A DNA stretch of 62,880 nt, taken from the IMG/VR virus record IMGVR_UViG_3300045838_000044, positions 1-62,880 of that record; one strand, written 5' to 3'. The stretch is from a virus (Duplodnaviria; Caudoviricetes). This document shows, one piece after another, positions 35,009 through 44,881 of this stretch (positions within the stretch are counted from its first letter, which is position 1; every line of letters starts with the position of its first letter). A program made the position numbers and the translations under genes. The notes below the pieces were generated by a model. It ran no database searches, was not told the DNA's origin, and saw nothing but the letters and a program-made list of their open reading frames with translations.

Positions 35009-35093
35009 CGTCTATCACCATAGCGACTAAAAAATCAAAAAGCGACTCACTTTTACTCTTGATTAGGAAGAGTGAGTAAGAGATAGTAGAACC
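35009..35093. promoter_or_regulatory. Divergent promoter/operator region (switch 1)
   Basis: Very AT-rich; TTGATT-17bp-GATAGT on +, TATGGT on -; AGCGACT twice; inverted repeats ACTCACT/AGTGAGT and ACTCTT/AAGAGT. Confidence 0.75.
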
Positions 35094-35318
35094 ATGCTCA
35101 ACGACACCACGGCGGCGGCGACCTTCTCGGATGACTGGGACTCGGAGGAGCCGACGGTGCTGGACCGCGACGACCTGCGTTGCTTCGCCCCCACCGCCTA
35201 CCTCCTGGCGACGCCCGGCAACTGGAACGCCCTCGACGACGCGGCGATTCGGGCGGTGCTCAACGCCAGCGACGACCTGACCGCGACCTCGGGCGAGATG
35301 CCGGCGGTGACGTTCTGA
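35094..35318 (+). CDS. Small acidic early protein
   Basis: First gene after the promoter; good codon bias. Confidence 0.65.
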   Translation: MLNDTTAAATFSDDWDSEEPTVLDRDDLRCFAPTAYLLATPGNWNALDDAAIRAVLNASDDLTATSGEMPAVTF

Positions 35319-35473
35319 TGTCGCCCTTCGAGGCGGCCTACGAGGCGTGGCGCTGCGGGACCGACCCCAAGGCCACCCAGGAGTACCCGAGCTTTGCGCT
35401 GGCCGCCGCGGTTGAGCGGCCAGCGGACACGCGAGAGATGCCGGCCTTCATGCCGGCGGAGGAGGTGCAGTGA
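35318..35473 (+). CDS. Small early protein
   Basis: TGATG coupling; MSPFEAAYEAW... Confidence 0.55.
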   Translation: MSPFEAAYEAWRCGTDPKATQEYPSFALAAAVERPADTREMPAFMPAEEVQ

Positions 35474-35784
35474 TGGTCCGCTACGTTCCACGTGCGACAG
35501 AGGCGGGGCTTTCGAGGGTTCTGCGGTGCATGAGCACCGGGGAAGCGCGGTGGCTCCGCGACGCCGCCCAGGCCAGCGGGCAGAGCATCGAGGAGGTGGT
35601 GGGCCGGGCCGCCTTCCGCGGGGATATGTGGGAGTTCATCGAGCTGGTGCTGGCCCCGCCGAAGGACGAGGCCGAGGAGCTGCCCGCCCCGAAGCGCGAG
35701 CGCCGCACCTGCCCCGACTGCGGGCTCCCCGCCGGCCCCACGCACGACCTCGGCTGCCCAGCGCTCGGCGGAGGAGGGAACTGA
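35473..35784 (+). CDS. Hypothetical protein with a CxxC-H-C motif
   Basis: GGAGG RBS; coupled to neighbours. Confidence 0.6.
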   Translation: MVRYVPRATEAGLSRVLRCMSTGEARWLRDAAQASGQSIEEVVGRAAFRGDMWEFIELVLAPPKDEAEELPAPKRERRTCPDCGLPAGPTHDLGCPALGGGGN

Positions 35785-36281
35785 TGCTGCTCTTCCCGGC
35801 GCTCGTGGGCATCGACGAAGACAACGGCGGCGAGGACTTCGACCCGGTGGCGTTCTTCGCGCAGTACGGCGAGCTGGAGCGCGCCGCTGAGCACATCGAG
35901 GACGGCGACATCTACCGCAAGGCGACGCTCGGCCTCGACCCCATCCAGGCCGTCGAGCTGGAGCGCTATCTCGCGCTCCGCGGGATCGGGATGTTCGAGG
36001 ACGAGACCCACTGGCTCTTCATGTCGCCGGAGGTGGCCGGCCGTCGCCCGCCCCGCAAGCGCAGCGACCGCGACCCCGACGCTCCCGCGCCGGCCCCCAC
36101 CGAGACGCTGGCCGAGGACCGAACCGCGCCCATGTGCCCCCGCGGCCCCCCGTGGCACCAGATGCAGGGCCCCCCGGGGCCGTTCTGCTGCGAGAAGCGC
36201 AAGCGCCAGGTGTTGAAGATCGAGTGCGGGGAGCACCCCGTCTACCGGCCCGACGCGGACAAGGGCGGCCGCAGCAAATGA
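35784..36281 (+). CDS. Hypothetical protein
   Basis: TGATG coupling; MLLFPALVG... Confidence 0.6.
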   Translation: MLLFPALVGIDEDNGGEDFDPVAFFAQYGELERAAEHIEDGDIYRKATLGLDPIQAVELERYLALRGIGMFEDETHWLFMSPEVAGRRPPRKRSDRDPDAPAPAPTETLAEDRTAPMCPRGPPWHQMQGPPGPFCCEKRKRQVLKIECGEHPVYRPDADKGGRSK

Positions 36282-36706
36282 GCCCCAAGCTCTCGCTCAC
36301 CATCAGCGCCGCGCAGCTCGCCGGCCTGCTCGCCGAGCCCCGGCTGCAGGTGGCGCAGGCGCTGGCCGCCGCCCGCCAGCGGGGGATCCCCCTCCGCCGG
36401 AGCGAGGTGGGGGTGGTGGCGGGGCTCGAGGAGTGGCGGCCGGACCGGCGCCTCTCGCCCTCCGGCGTGAGTTTGGTTGGGGCGGTGCTGCTGGCGATGC
36501 AGCCGGAACCCCGCGACCACGAAGACCCCACAGCGGCCGCCGCCCGCGCTCTGGGCGTGTCCCTGGCGTGGGTGGAGGGGGCCGAGGCGGGGTGGGCCGG
36601 CGAGCTGATGGACGTGGCGCGGCTCGCGGCGCTCGACGCCGACCTCTACCTCGACGGCTACGAGGTGGGGCAGCACCTGCAGGGCGATTTTGGGTACGGC
36701 CGGTGA
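36278..36706 (+). CDS. Hypothetical protein
   Basis: ATGA overlap; MSPKLSLTI... Confidence 0.6.
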   Translation: MSPKLSLTISAAQLAGLLAEPRLQVAQALAAARQRGIPLRRSEVGVVAGLEEWRPDRRLSPSGVSLVGAVLLAMQPEPRDHEDPTAAAARALGVSLAWVEGAEAGWAGELMDVARLAALDADLYLDGYEVGQHLQGDFGYGR

Positions 36707-36773
36707 GCTGTCCACGTATCCACCGTGCAGTTGAGACCGAAAGCGCGGACAGCGTACAGAGGTACGGACGGTC

Positions 36774-36983
36774 ATGAAGAGCAACGAAACCCTGGAACGC
36801 ACGCTGGCTGGCGAGGGATGGCTGACGGTCGCCGCGGCCACCGAGCTGCTGGCGGGGCTGCGGCGGCGGACGCTCTACGCCTGGGTGAAGGCCGGGCAGG
36901 TGGCCAGCCGCCGGGTGGGGCGGCGGCTGTTTGTCTGGCGGGCGGACGTCCAGCGGGCCCTCGGGCTCAAGGAGGCGGGGTGA
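36774..36983 (+). CDS. Excisionase-like (HTH_17) DNA-binding protein
   Basis: WLTVAAATELL...RRTLYAWVKAGQVASRRVGRR. Confidence 0.8.
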   Translation: MKSNETLERTLAGEGWLTVAAATELLAGLRRRTLYAWVKAGQVASRRVGRRLFVWRADVQRALGLKEAG

Positions 36984-37240
36984 TGGGCCGGGCGCGCGAG
37001 ATCGCCGAGGAGCGGGTGGAGTCGGAGGCGCCCCAGATGCCGGACGTCCGCGACGGCATCCCCGGCTACGACGAGTGGCGCCTGGCCTCGGACCCCGACC
37101 CGGGCCGCCGGCCCCGGCCGAGTTGGGCGGACCGGATGCCGGAGGGGAGCTGCGGGCGCCGGATCGGCTCGCTCTGCGACCTGCCGGCCGACCACTGGCT
37201 GCGCAAGGAGCCCTGCAACATGAACGGCTGGAGGCGCTGA
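36983..37240 (+). CDS. Hypothetical protein
   Basis: Coupled on both sides; IPGYDEWRLA. Confidence 0.55.
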   Translation: MGRAREIAEERVESEAPQMPDVRDGIPGYDEWRLASDPDPGRRPRPSWADRMPEGSCGRRIGSLCDLPADHWLRKEPCNMNGWRR

Positions 37241-38271
37241 TGGACACGACCCTCATCACTACGAATCGCCTCAAGAGCTTCAACGCCTGCCGTCGGTTGC
37301 ATCATTACGCGTACGTCCTGGGCTACCGGCCGCTCATCAACCGCGGGAGCGCCGAGTTCGGGACCATCTTCCACGCCGGCCTCGAGGCGTGGTGGCTGGC
37401 GTGGGCCCAGGGCCGCGAGCTCCTGGCGCTCGAGGAGGCGCAGGCGGCGATCGCCAAGGCCGCGCAGGGGGCCTCGTTCTTCGACGAGGCGACGGCCGCC
37501 AAGGCCGACCTGCTGATGGTCGGCTACCACGCGCGCTGGTCGCCCACGATGGCCGAGTGGGAGGTGGTCGCCGTCGAGCACGAGTTCGCGGCGCCCCTGC
37601 CCACGCCGGTCGGCGCCAAGCGCGCCCGCAAGCTGAAGGTGGCCGGCAAGCTCGACGTCCTGGTCCGCCGCCGCGCCGACGGGACGGTCTGGTTCGTGGA
37701 GCACAAGACGACCAGCGCCGACCTCGCGCCGGGCTCGACCTACTGGCAGCGCCTGCGGATGGACACCCAGGTCTCGGTGTACTTCGAGGCGGTGCGCCTC
37801 ATGGGGCACGAGCCGGTGGGCTGCCTCTACGACGTCATCCGTAAGCCGGAGCAGCGGCCGCTCAAGGCCACGCCGATGGAGGCGCGGAAGTACCGGAAGG
37901 ACGGCGCCCTCTACGCGAACCAGCGTGAGCACGACGAGACCATGGACGACTTCAAGGCGCGGATGGCCATCGAGATCATGGAAGCCCCGGAGCTGTACTA
38001 CCAGCGCTCCGAGGTGGTGCGGCTCGAGCACGAGCTGGAGGATTCGCGGCGGGACACCTACGACACCGCGCTCATGATCCGGGAGACGCACAAGGCGGGG
38101 CGGGCCCCGAGAAACCCCGATGCGTGCTTCCTGTACTCCCGTGTCTGCGACTTCTACGACGTTTGCGCGGGTGGAGCGTCCATCGAGGATCCCACGCGCT
38201 TCAAGCGTCTCGAGAACGTCCACCCCGAGCTTCAGCAGGCCAACGACAACGGCAAGACGGAGGCGGCGTAG
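37240..38271 (+). CDS. PD-(D/E)XK exonuclease (RecB/Cas4-like)
   Basis: FNACRR, FGTIFHAGLE, AVE, GKLDVL...VEHKTT, Q..VY, C-terminal Cys cluster. Confidence 0.9.
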   Translation: MDTTLITTNRLKSFNACRRLHHYAYVLGYRPLINRGSAEFGTIFHAGLEAWWLAWAQGRELLALEEAQAAIAKAAQGASFFDEATAAKADLLMVGYHARWSPTMAEWEVVAVEHEFAAPLPTPVGAKRARKLKVAGKLDVLVRRRADGTVWFVEHKTTSADLAPGSTYWQRLRMDTQVSVYFEAVRLMGHEPVGCLYDVIRKPEQRPLKATPMEARKYRKDGALYANQREHDETMDDFKARMAIEIMEAPELYYQRSEVVRLEHELEDSRRDTYDTALMIRETHKAGRAPRNPDACFLYSRVCDFYDVCAGGASIEDPTRFKRLENVHPELQQANDNGKTEAA

Positions 38272-38292
38272 CCGCCAGAAAGGGAACCGATC

Positions 38293-39318
38293 ATGGCGTC
38301 CGCAGCAGCGAACACCCAGCCCGCCCCGGCACCCAAGCCGGCTAACACCAACAGTCGCCTCGGCAAGGTGCAGAAGGGGCGCATGGCCATGCCGCTGCGC
38401 TGCCTCTTTTACGGCACGGAGGGCGTGGGCAAGTCGACGCTGGCCGCGCACTCGCCCAATCCGATCTGGTTCGACATCGAGGACGGGACCGCCCGGCTCG
38501 ACGTGGCCCGCTACATGTTCCGGGACGAGCCGGGCGGCCACATGCCCCAGAGCTACCCCGAGATCGGCGCCGCCCTCGATGACCTCCTGACCAACGAGCA
38601 CGAGTTCAAGACGCTGGTCCTCGATACCGCCGACCGGCTGGAGATGCTGCTTCACCGGTACATCTGCCACCGCGACAGCGCCACGGCCAAGCAGCCGCTC
38701 CGCACCGTCGAGGATTACGGCTATGGCAAGGGTTACCTCGTCGCGCTCGACGAGTGGCGCGCCCTCTGCTCGAAGCTTGACCGCCTGCGGATGGCGCGGC
38801 GGATGAACGTCATCATCCTCGGCCACGCCCAGATCAAGGCATTCAACAATCCTGAGGGTGACAATTACGACCGGTACATCCCCCGCATCAACGAGAAGGC
38901 CGGCGGCTTCCTCAAGGAGTGGGCCGACGTCACCGGCTTCTGCGTCTTCGAGGAGGGGGCGGGCAAGCTGCCGGGCGGCGAGTCCAAGGCCAAAGGCTTT
39001 TCGACGGGCCGGCGCCTCGTGAAGCTGGCTCGGACCGCCGCCTTCGACGCCAAGAGCCGCTACGCGGTCCCGGCCGAGGTGGAGCTGGAGGCGGCCAATC
39101 CGTGGGCCCCATTCGCCAAGGCGATGGAGGAGAGCATGTCCCTCGATCTCGCCGGCCTGGAGAAGATGATCGCCGCCGAGGTGGAGCGGATCGGCGACGC
39201 TGAGCTCGCGCCGAAGGTGCAGGCGGCCGTCGCGGCGGCGGTCAAGGCGGGCGACAGCGACGCCCTCCACCGGTTCCTCAACGACCTCAAGAAGCGCACG
39301 GCCAAGGCGGCCGAGTAG
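38293..39318 (+). CDS. AAA_24 / Sak4-like ATPase (single-strand annealing)
   Basis: YGTEGVGKST, KTLVLDTAD.LE, YGYGKGY, EWAD, AFDAKSRY. Confidence 0.9.
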   Translation: MASAAANTQPAPAPKPANTNSRLGKVQKGRMAMPLRCLFYGTEGVGKSTLAAHSPNPIWFDIEDGTARLDVARYMFRDEPGGHMPQSYPEIGAALDDLLTNEHEFKTLVLDTADRLEMLLHRYICHRDSATAKQPLRTVEDYGYGKGYLVALDEWRALCSKLDRLRMARRMNVIILGHAQIKAFNNPEGDNYDRYIPRINEKAGGFLKEWADVTGFCVFEEGAGKLPGGESKAKGFSTGRRLVKLARTAAFDAKSRYAVPAEVELEAANPWAPFAKAMEESMSLDLAGLEKMIAAEVERIGDAELAPKVQAAVAAAVKAGDSDALHRFLNDLKKRTAKAAE

Positions 39319-39327
39319 GAGAAGACC

Positions 39328-39906
39328 ATGGCGAATCTGGTTCCAGTGGGCATCTACCGGGCAGTGGCCGTCCCGGTGCAACTCGAAGACGGCGAGAGCT
39401 ACGTGCAATTCGGGGAGACCAAGGAGGGCAAGCCGCAGGTGGCCGTGTGCTTCGCCATCCTCGATGGTCCGTGCCAGGGCCGGCGACTGACGTGGTACGG
39501 GTTCTTCACCGAGAAGACCGTCGAGCGCACGATTCAGTCGCTGCGGTACTGCGGCTTCAAGGGCGACGATCTCGCCCTGCTCGTCACGCAAAAGCTCACC
39601 CAGGAGGTGTCGGTCACCGTCGGACACAACACCTACGAGGGGAAGACGACGGCGCGGGTCGACTGGGTGAATGCGCCCGGCGGGGTGAAGCTGGAACGCC
39701 CGATGAACAAGGACCAGATCCGGCGCTTCGGGGCGCAGCTCAAGGCCAAGGTGAAGGCCATCGCCGAGGTGGCCGGCCCGGCGGCCGACGTGCCTGCGCC
39801 CAGCTTCGGCGAGCCCACCGAGGCGCCGAGCGAGGGGCACGCGCCGCCTTCGGGCTGGGCGGAGAACGCGCCCCCGCCCCAGGACGACTCGGACATCCCG
39901 TTTTAA
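39328..39906 (+). CDS. Single-stranded DNA-binding protein (DUF669-like)
   Basis: Follows the Sak4-like gene; acidic DDSDIPF tail. Confidence 0.85.
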   Translation: MANLVPVGIYRAVAVPVQLEDGESYVQFGETKEGKPQVAVCFAILDGPCQGRRLTWYGFFTEKTVERTIQSLRYCGFKGDDLALLVTQKLTQEVSVTVGHNTYEGKTTARVDWVNAPGGVKLERPMNKDQIRRFGAQLKAKVKAIAEVAGPAADVPAPSFGEPTEAPSEGHAPPSGWAENAPPPQDDSDIPF

Positions 39907-39938
39907 GGCACCGGGAGCGCGCCCTGGGTAGGCGCGCA

Positions 39939-39985
39939 GGGCAGCCGCCGCAGAGGCCGGCCGGGAGCGAGACCCGGGCTGTCCC
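39939..39985 (+). ncRNA. Putative structured tRNA-like mini element
   Basis: 7-bp stem GGGCAGC/GCTGTCC enclosing GCC-GCAGA-GGC and CCGGG-AGCGAGA-CCCGG. Confidence 0.4.
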
Positions 39986-40003
39986 CGAAGGGAGAGATCC
40001 GCC

Positions 40004-40864
40004 ATGAGCAACTCCAAGACGGCGTTCGGCGCGGGGCGAGGGAAGTCGATCCTGCTCTTCGACCCCGACGCGCTCCACATCGAGACCGACCCCGCCAAGC
40101 CCCTCTACCAGCGCCGCGCCTCCGACCCGCCCGACGCGGCCATGGTGGCCAGCATCATGGAGCGGGGGGTGATCGAGCCGGTGGTGGTGGTGCGCGGGGA
40201 GGACGGGGCCCCGGTGCTGGCCGCCGGCACCCGGCGGACCATCGCCGCCCGGGAGGCGAACAAGCAGCTCCGCAAGGCGGGCCAGCCCCCGAAGCTCATC
40301 CCGGCCGTCTACCGGGACGAGAAGATCACCGAGGCGCTGGCGCTGAAGATCATCGAGAACGCCCAGCGCGAGGATCTACCGCTCACCGCCAAGGCCGAGG
40401 AGGCGCGCCTCGCGCTCACCGCCGGCTACAGCGAGGAGCAGGTGGCGGGGTGGTTCGGGGTCTCGGTGGCCACCATCGGCAACTGGCGCGAGCTGGCCCA
40501 CCTGCACCCCTCGGTGCAGAAGTCCCTCGACGCCGGAACGGTTCGGCTGGTGGACGCTGTCCGCAGGATCGGCAAGCTGCCGAAGACGGAGCAGCCGGCA
40601 GCGCTCTCCAAGCTGGAGATCGAGCGGCCCACGCGGGCAGCGCGGAAGGCGGCGGGGCAGAAGCCGAACGGGAAGGCGGAGGTCAGGCCGGCGGTGCGAC
40701 TGCGGCGCTTCGAGGCGTTCGCCGACGAGAACCGGCACGAGCCATTGCCGCATGAACTGCTGATGTTCGTCGGTTGGCTGCGGGGCGAGGTCTCCGACAA
40801 GGCGCTGGCCCATCGGTTCCCGGTGTTGGCGGGGATGTTCGAGAAGCGGAAGGAGGCGAAGTGA
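40004..40864 (+). CDS. ParB/Srx-like N-domain protein with HTH
   Basis: SIMERGVIEPVVV, AGTRRTIAA, IIENAQREDL. Confidence 0.85.
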   Translation: MSNSKTAFGAGRGKSILLFDPDALHIETDPAKPLYQRRASDPPDAAMVASIMERGVIEPVVVVRGEDGAPVLAAGTRRTIAAREANKQLRKAGQPPKLIPAVYRDEKITEALALKIIENAQREDLPLTAKAEEARLALTAGYSEEQVAGWFGVSVATIGNWRELAHLHPSVQKSLDAGTVRLVDAVRRIGKLPKTEQPAALSKLEIERPTRAARKAAGQKPNGKAEVRPAVRLRRFEAFADENRHEPLPHELLMFVGWLRGEVSDKALAHRFPVLAGMFEKRKEAK

Positions 40865-40866
40865 CC

Positions 40867-41145
40867 ATGGCCGACAACAAAGTGTCGAGTATCCAGCGGA
40901 TCGCCGGGACGATCATTGACCGCAGCCTCTTCGTAGGCTGGACAGCGCCGTACAAGGTGCAGGGGGCGGTCCATGAGGGGAATGTATCAATCAACGATGA
41001 TATCCAGCTCTCCCTTCGCTGCATTCTCAGCGCTCGGATCGTCCTGGGGCCCGAGGAGGCTCGGCAGGTCGCGGCCGCACTGGTGGCCGCAGCCGACGCG
41101 CTCGATGCGGCCAGCGCTGCTTTCGCGGCATCGGCAGAGCCATAG
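40867..41145 (+). CDS. Hypothetical protein
   Basis: EEARQVAAALVAAAD motif; lower GC. Confidence 0.55.
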   Translation: MADNKVSSIQRIAGTIIDRSLFVGWTAPYKVQGAVHEGNVSINDDIQLSLRCILSARIVLGPEEARQVAAALVAAADALDAASAAFAASAEP

Positions 41146-41147
41146 CC

Positions 41148-41348
41148 ATGCCGACCTTTCGTGAGAAGGCCACCTTCGAGGCCACAGCGCTGCGGGCGAC
41201 GGACGCGGCGCTGCTCGTCGAGATCGACGGGCGGCAGTTCTGGATCCCCCAGAGCCAGATCGACGACGACAGCGAGGTCTACCAGGCGGGTGACGAGGGC
41301 GAGCTCGTGGTCTCGCAATGGATCGCCGAGCAGAAGGGGCTGGTCTGA
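41148..41348 (+). CDS. Conserved small phage protein
   Basis: TDAALLV...WIPQSQI...WIAEQKGL. Confidence 0.7.
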   Translation: MPTFREKATFEATALRATDAALLVEIDGRQFWIPQSQIDDDSEVYQAGDEGELVVSQWIAEQKGLV

Positions 41349-41792
41349 TGGCGTTCGCTGAGGGCACCACCGTCCCCGTCGCCAAGACGCGGGCCGAGAT
41401 CGAAGCGCTCGTGGCGAAGCACGGCGCCTCGAAGTTCGCATCGGGCTGGACCGACGACAACCGGGCGGCCATCAGTTTCGCCCTCAAGGGCCGTCTCGTC
41501 CGTTTCGTGCTGGCGCTACCGACCGAGGCTGAGGCCAACAAGCAACGGCGCCGCCGCTACTACTACCTCTCTGCGGATCAGCGGGCCAGGTGGATCGACG
41601 GCGAGACCCGGCGCCGGTGGCGGTGTCTGCTGCTCGCGCTGAAGGCAAAGCTGGAGGTGGTCGAGAGCGGGATCGCGACCTTCGACGAGGAGTTCCTCGC
41701 CCACATCGTCACGGCCGACAACCTCACCGTGTATGAGGCGATCAAGCTCCAGGACAGCGGCATCAAGCTGCTGGGCTCGGCGGAGACGCGTG

Positions 41793-41800
<8 letters not shown>
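41348..41800 (+). CDS. Conserved phage protein
   Basis: FAEGTTVPVAKTRAEIE, RRWR.L.L.LKAKLE.VESGI.TFDEEFL. Confidence 0.75.
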
Positions 41801-42685
<885 letters not shown>

Positions 42686-42698
<13 letters not shown>

Positions 42699-42908
42699 TG
42701 ACCCCGCCTCCCTCATTGAGGGCCGCCTATCTGCTGCTGGCGATCGGCAATCGGTGCAGAGGACGTCGATGGATCCCGGTGCGACTAGAAGCGGAAATCC
42801 TTTCGCCATATTGTGCAATTGTCGGCGGCGGTGCGGTGAAGTGCTCCGGCTGCTTGGGTTGCATTCCCTCAAGCCGCACTCCCCGGGAGACCCCATGCGC
42901 CGAGTGAT
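42686..42908. repeat. 14-bp direct repeat ATGCGCCGAGTGAT (42686-42699 and 42895-42908) flanking a lower-GC insert with a 73-aa ORF
   Basis: Exact match seen in sequence. Confidence 0.75.
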
Positions 42909-43257
42909 CATCGAGTCGCCCTTCGCCGGGGACGTCGCCCGCAACCTCCGCTACGCCCTTGCCTGCATGCGCGACAGCCTCCTTCGCGGCGAGGCGCCTT
43001 TCGCCAGCCACCTGCTCTACCCCCAGCCGGGGATCCTCAACGACGACAACCCCGAGGATCGGCGGCTCGGGATTTGCGCTGGGCTGGAGTGGGGCAACGC
43101 GGCCGAGGCCACCGTGGTCTACACGAATCTCGGCATCACGCCCGGGATGGATTATGGGGTGAAGGCGGCTCGTCTCGCTGGCAGGCCCGTCGAAGTGCGA
43201 GTTCTCCCTCCGGACTGGGAGACACAGCCCATCTACCCGACGCGGTGGGAGCCATGA
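42895..43257 (+). CDS. Nucleoside 2-deoxyribosyltransferase-like fold protein
   Basis: VIIESPFAGD...GEAPFASHLLY...GITPGM. Confidence 0.75.
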   Translation: MRRVIIESPFAGDVARNLRYALACMRDSLLRGEAPFASHLLYPQPGILNDDNPEDRRLGICAGLEWGNAAEATVVYTNLGITPGMDYGVKAARLAGRPVEVRVLPPDWETQPIYPTRWEP

Positions 43258-43880
43258 AGGAGCGGCCGATCCTGTTCTCAGCGCCGATGGTGCGCGCCAT
43301 CTTGGAGGGGCGCAAGACGCAGACGCGGCGGATTCTCAAGCCAGGCAAGTTCGTCCTGCCGAGCCCCGACGTGGGCGAGGACTTCCAATTCAACGGGGCG
43401 GCTCTTGTGCAGACCCGGGGGTTGGGAACCTCGTTCTACCCGCTTCCGTTCTGTCCCTATGGCGTCCGGGGCGATCGCCTTTGGGTGCGCGAGCGATTCG
43501 CGCCCAACCAAGGAGACGAACGCCCATGGTGTGCCTATTACGCCGACTGCGAAGATCCGCTGGCAATACCGCGTTGGAAACCAAGCATCCATATGCGCCG
43601 GAACCAATCGCGCCTCTTGCTGGAGGTGATCGACGTTCGGGTCCAGCGCCTGCAAACGATCACCGAGGAGGATGCGCGGGCGGAGGGTATCAACCCGCTG
43701 GTGTTCATGGCGAGCGGGACGCCGCAAGCTGCGAATTTGGTCACGTTCATGGCCAGTGGGACGTCGGAGCCAAGCTATCGGGCAGGCTTCGAGATCATCT
43801 GGTGCGACATCAACGGCCGCGCCTCATGGGACGCTAATCCCTGGGTCTGGGTGATCTCGTTCCGGCGGGTGCGGCCATGA
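43254..43880 (+). CDS. ASCH/PUA-like phage protein
   Basis: [47 protein letters not shown]. Confidence 0.88.
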   Translation: MKERPILFSAPMVRAILEGRKTQTRRILKPGKFVLPSPDVGEDFQFNGAALVQTRGLGTSFYPLPFCPYGVRGDRLWVRERFAPNQGDERPWCAYYADCEDPLAIPRWKPSIHMRRNQSRLLLEVIDVRVQRLQTITEEDARAEGINPLVFMASGTPQAANLVTFMASGTSEPSYRAGFEIIWCDINGRASWDANPWVWVISFRRVRP

Positions 43881-44107
43881 CCGGGCCGCCCGAGTTGGAG
43901 CTGGTGAAGCTGGAGGCCGCCTCTGGCTCATTCATCGGCTGGACCACCGTTCCGAGGATCCGTCCCTGCTTTGACGTGCTTCTTGGCTTCCGGACGATCT
44001 ATCGCTTTCGAGATGTCGTGGCTGGGCGACCGGGGCACCTCGTCTACCGACAAGCTTCGACGGTAATGATTCAGCCGCCCACATCAAAGAAGCCCGAGAT
44101 CCCGTGA
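43877..44107 (+). CDS. Hypothetical protein
   Basis: ATGA and GTGA overlaps on both sides. Confidence 0.45.
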   Translation: MTGPPELELVKLEAASGSFIGWTTVPRIRPCFDVLLGFRTIYRFRDVVAGRPGHLVYRQASTVMIQPPTSKKPEIP

Positions 44108-44472
44108 CCCTCAGCCGCCGCACGCCGCTCCGCCGCCGCTCGCCCCTCCACGCCCGCGGCCGCATCTCCCCGAAGCGGGCCACCCCGCGGCGCGCGGCGG
44201 CTGTCCGCGATCCCGCCTACCTGGCCTTCGTGCGCACGCTCCCCTGCGCCGCGCCCGTTGCCTGCCGCCGGCCCTCGCAGGCCCACCACGCCGGCCTCCG
44301 CGGCCTCGGCCAGCGCGCCAGCGACGACACCGCCGTCCCGCTCTGCGCCCAGCACCACGCCGACTGGCATGCCGCCGCCGGCCCGTTCCGAGGCTGGGAC
44401 CGGGCGGCGCGGGCGGCGTGGGCGCTGACCGTGATCGCCGAGACCCGGGCGTTGTATGCCCGCCGCTTCTGA
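44104..44472 (+). CDS. DUF968-like (HNH-related) Zn-binding protein
   Basis: YLAFVRTLPC, AHH, SDDTAVPLC..HH. Confidence 0.85.
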   Translation: MTLSRRTPLRRRSPLHARGRISPKRATPRRAAAVRDPAYLAFVRTLPCAAPVACRRPSQAHHAGLRGLGQRASDDTAVPLCAQHHADWHAAAGPFRGWDRAARAAWALTVIAETRALYARRF

Positions 44473-44507
44473 CCGAACATCAACCACCAAACCGGGAGGC
44501 ATGCGTC

Positions 44508-44879
44508 ATGAAGAGAGCATCGGGAATCGTTCTGCTGGGGCTGCTGGTCGCGATCGTCATCGGGTGGGCGCCGCCCCTGCGCGCCGACGGCGAGGGCTGC
44601 GACGCCATGGAGAACTGGTATCAGTGCGAGGCCGGCGCCTCCAAGGGCGGCGGCTTGCTCCTCGGCGGCGGCAGCAACTGGGGGGACACTGGCGCCTATC
44701 TCTACGAGTGCACGTTCACCGGCTCGTGCACCAACATGGAGGCGGGGCTCTACATCAGCGGGTACTGCGGCCGCATGCCGGTCTACGGCTGCGCGGGGCC
44801 GAGGTCCTGCGACTGCGGCCCGGACTGGGGTACACCGCCGGGCTTTGGCCCTATCCGCACCGTGAAGAGGTTCTTCTAG
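44508..44879 (+). CDS. Secreted Cys/Gly-rich small protein
   Basis: Signal peptide ending ...PPLRA; 8 Cys in about 97 mature residues; GGAGG RBS. Confidence 0.75.
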   Translation: MKRASGIVLLGLLVAIVIGWAPPLRADGEGCDAMENWYQCEAGASKGGGLLLGGGSNWGDTGAYLYECTFTGSCTNMEAGLYISGYCGRMPVYGCAGPRSCDCGPDWGTPPGFGPIRTVKRFF

Positions 44880-44881
44880 CC

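Noticed and set aside
37240-38271. CRISPR-associated Cas4
   Set aside because: Context with a Sak4-like ATPase and SSB indicates a phage recombination exonuclease
37066-40098. 1010-aa minus-strand ORF, and similar long antisense ORFs at 2544-4106, 4996-6600, 9661-11685, 14881-16596, 17401-19233 and 58404-60215
   Set aside because: These are shadow frames of well-supported plus-strand genes in high-GC DNA and contain no recognisable motifs
43700-43765. Short FMASGT duplication in the ASCH-like gene
   Set aside because: A real but trivial in-frame micro-duplication in a variable loop
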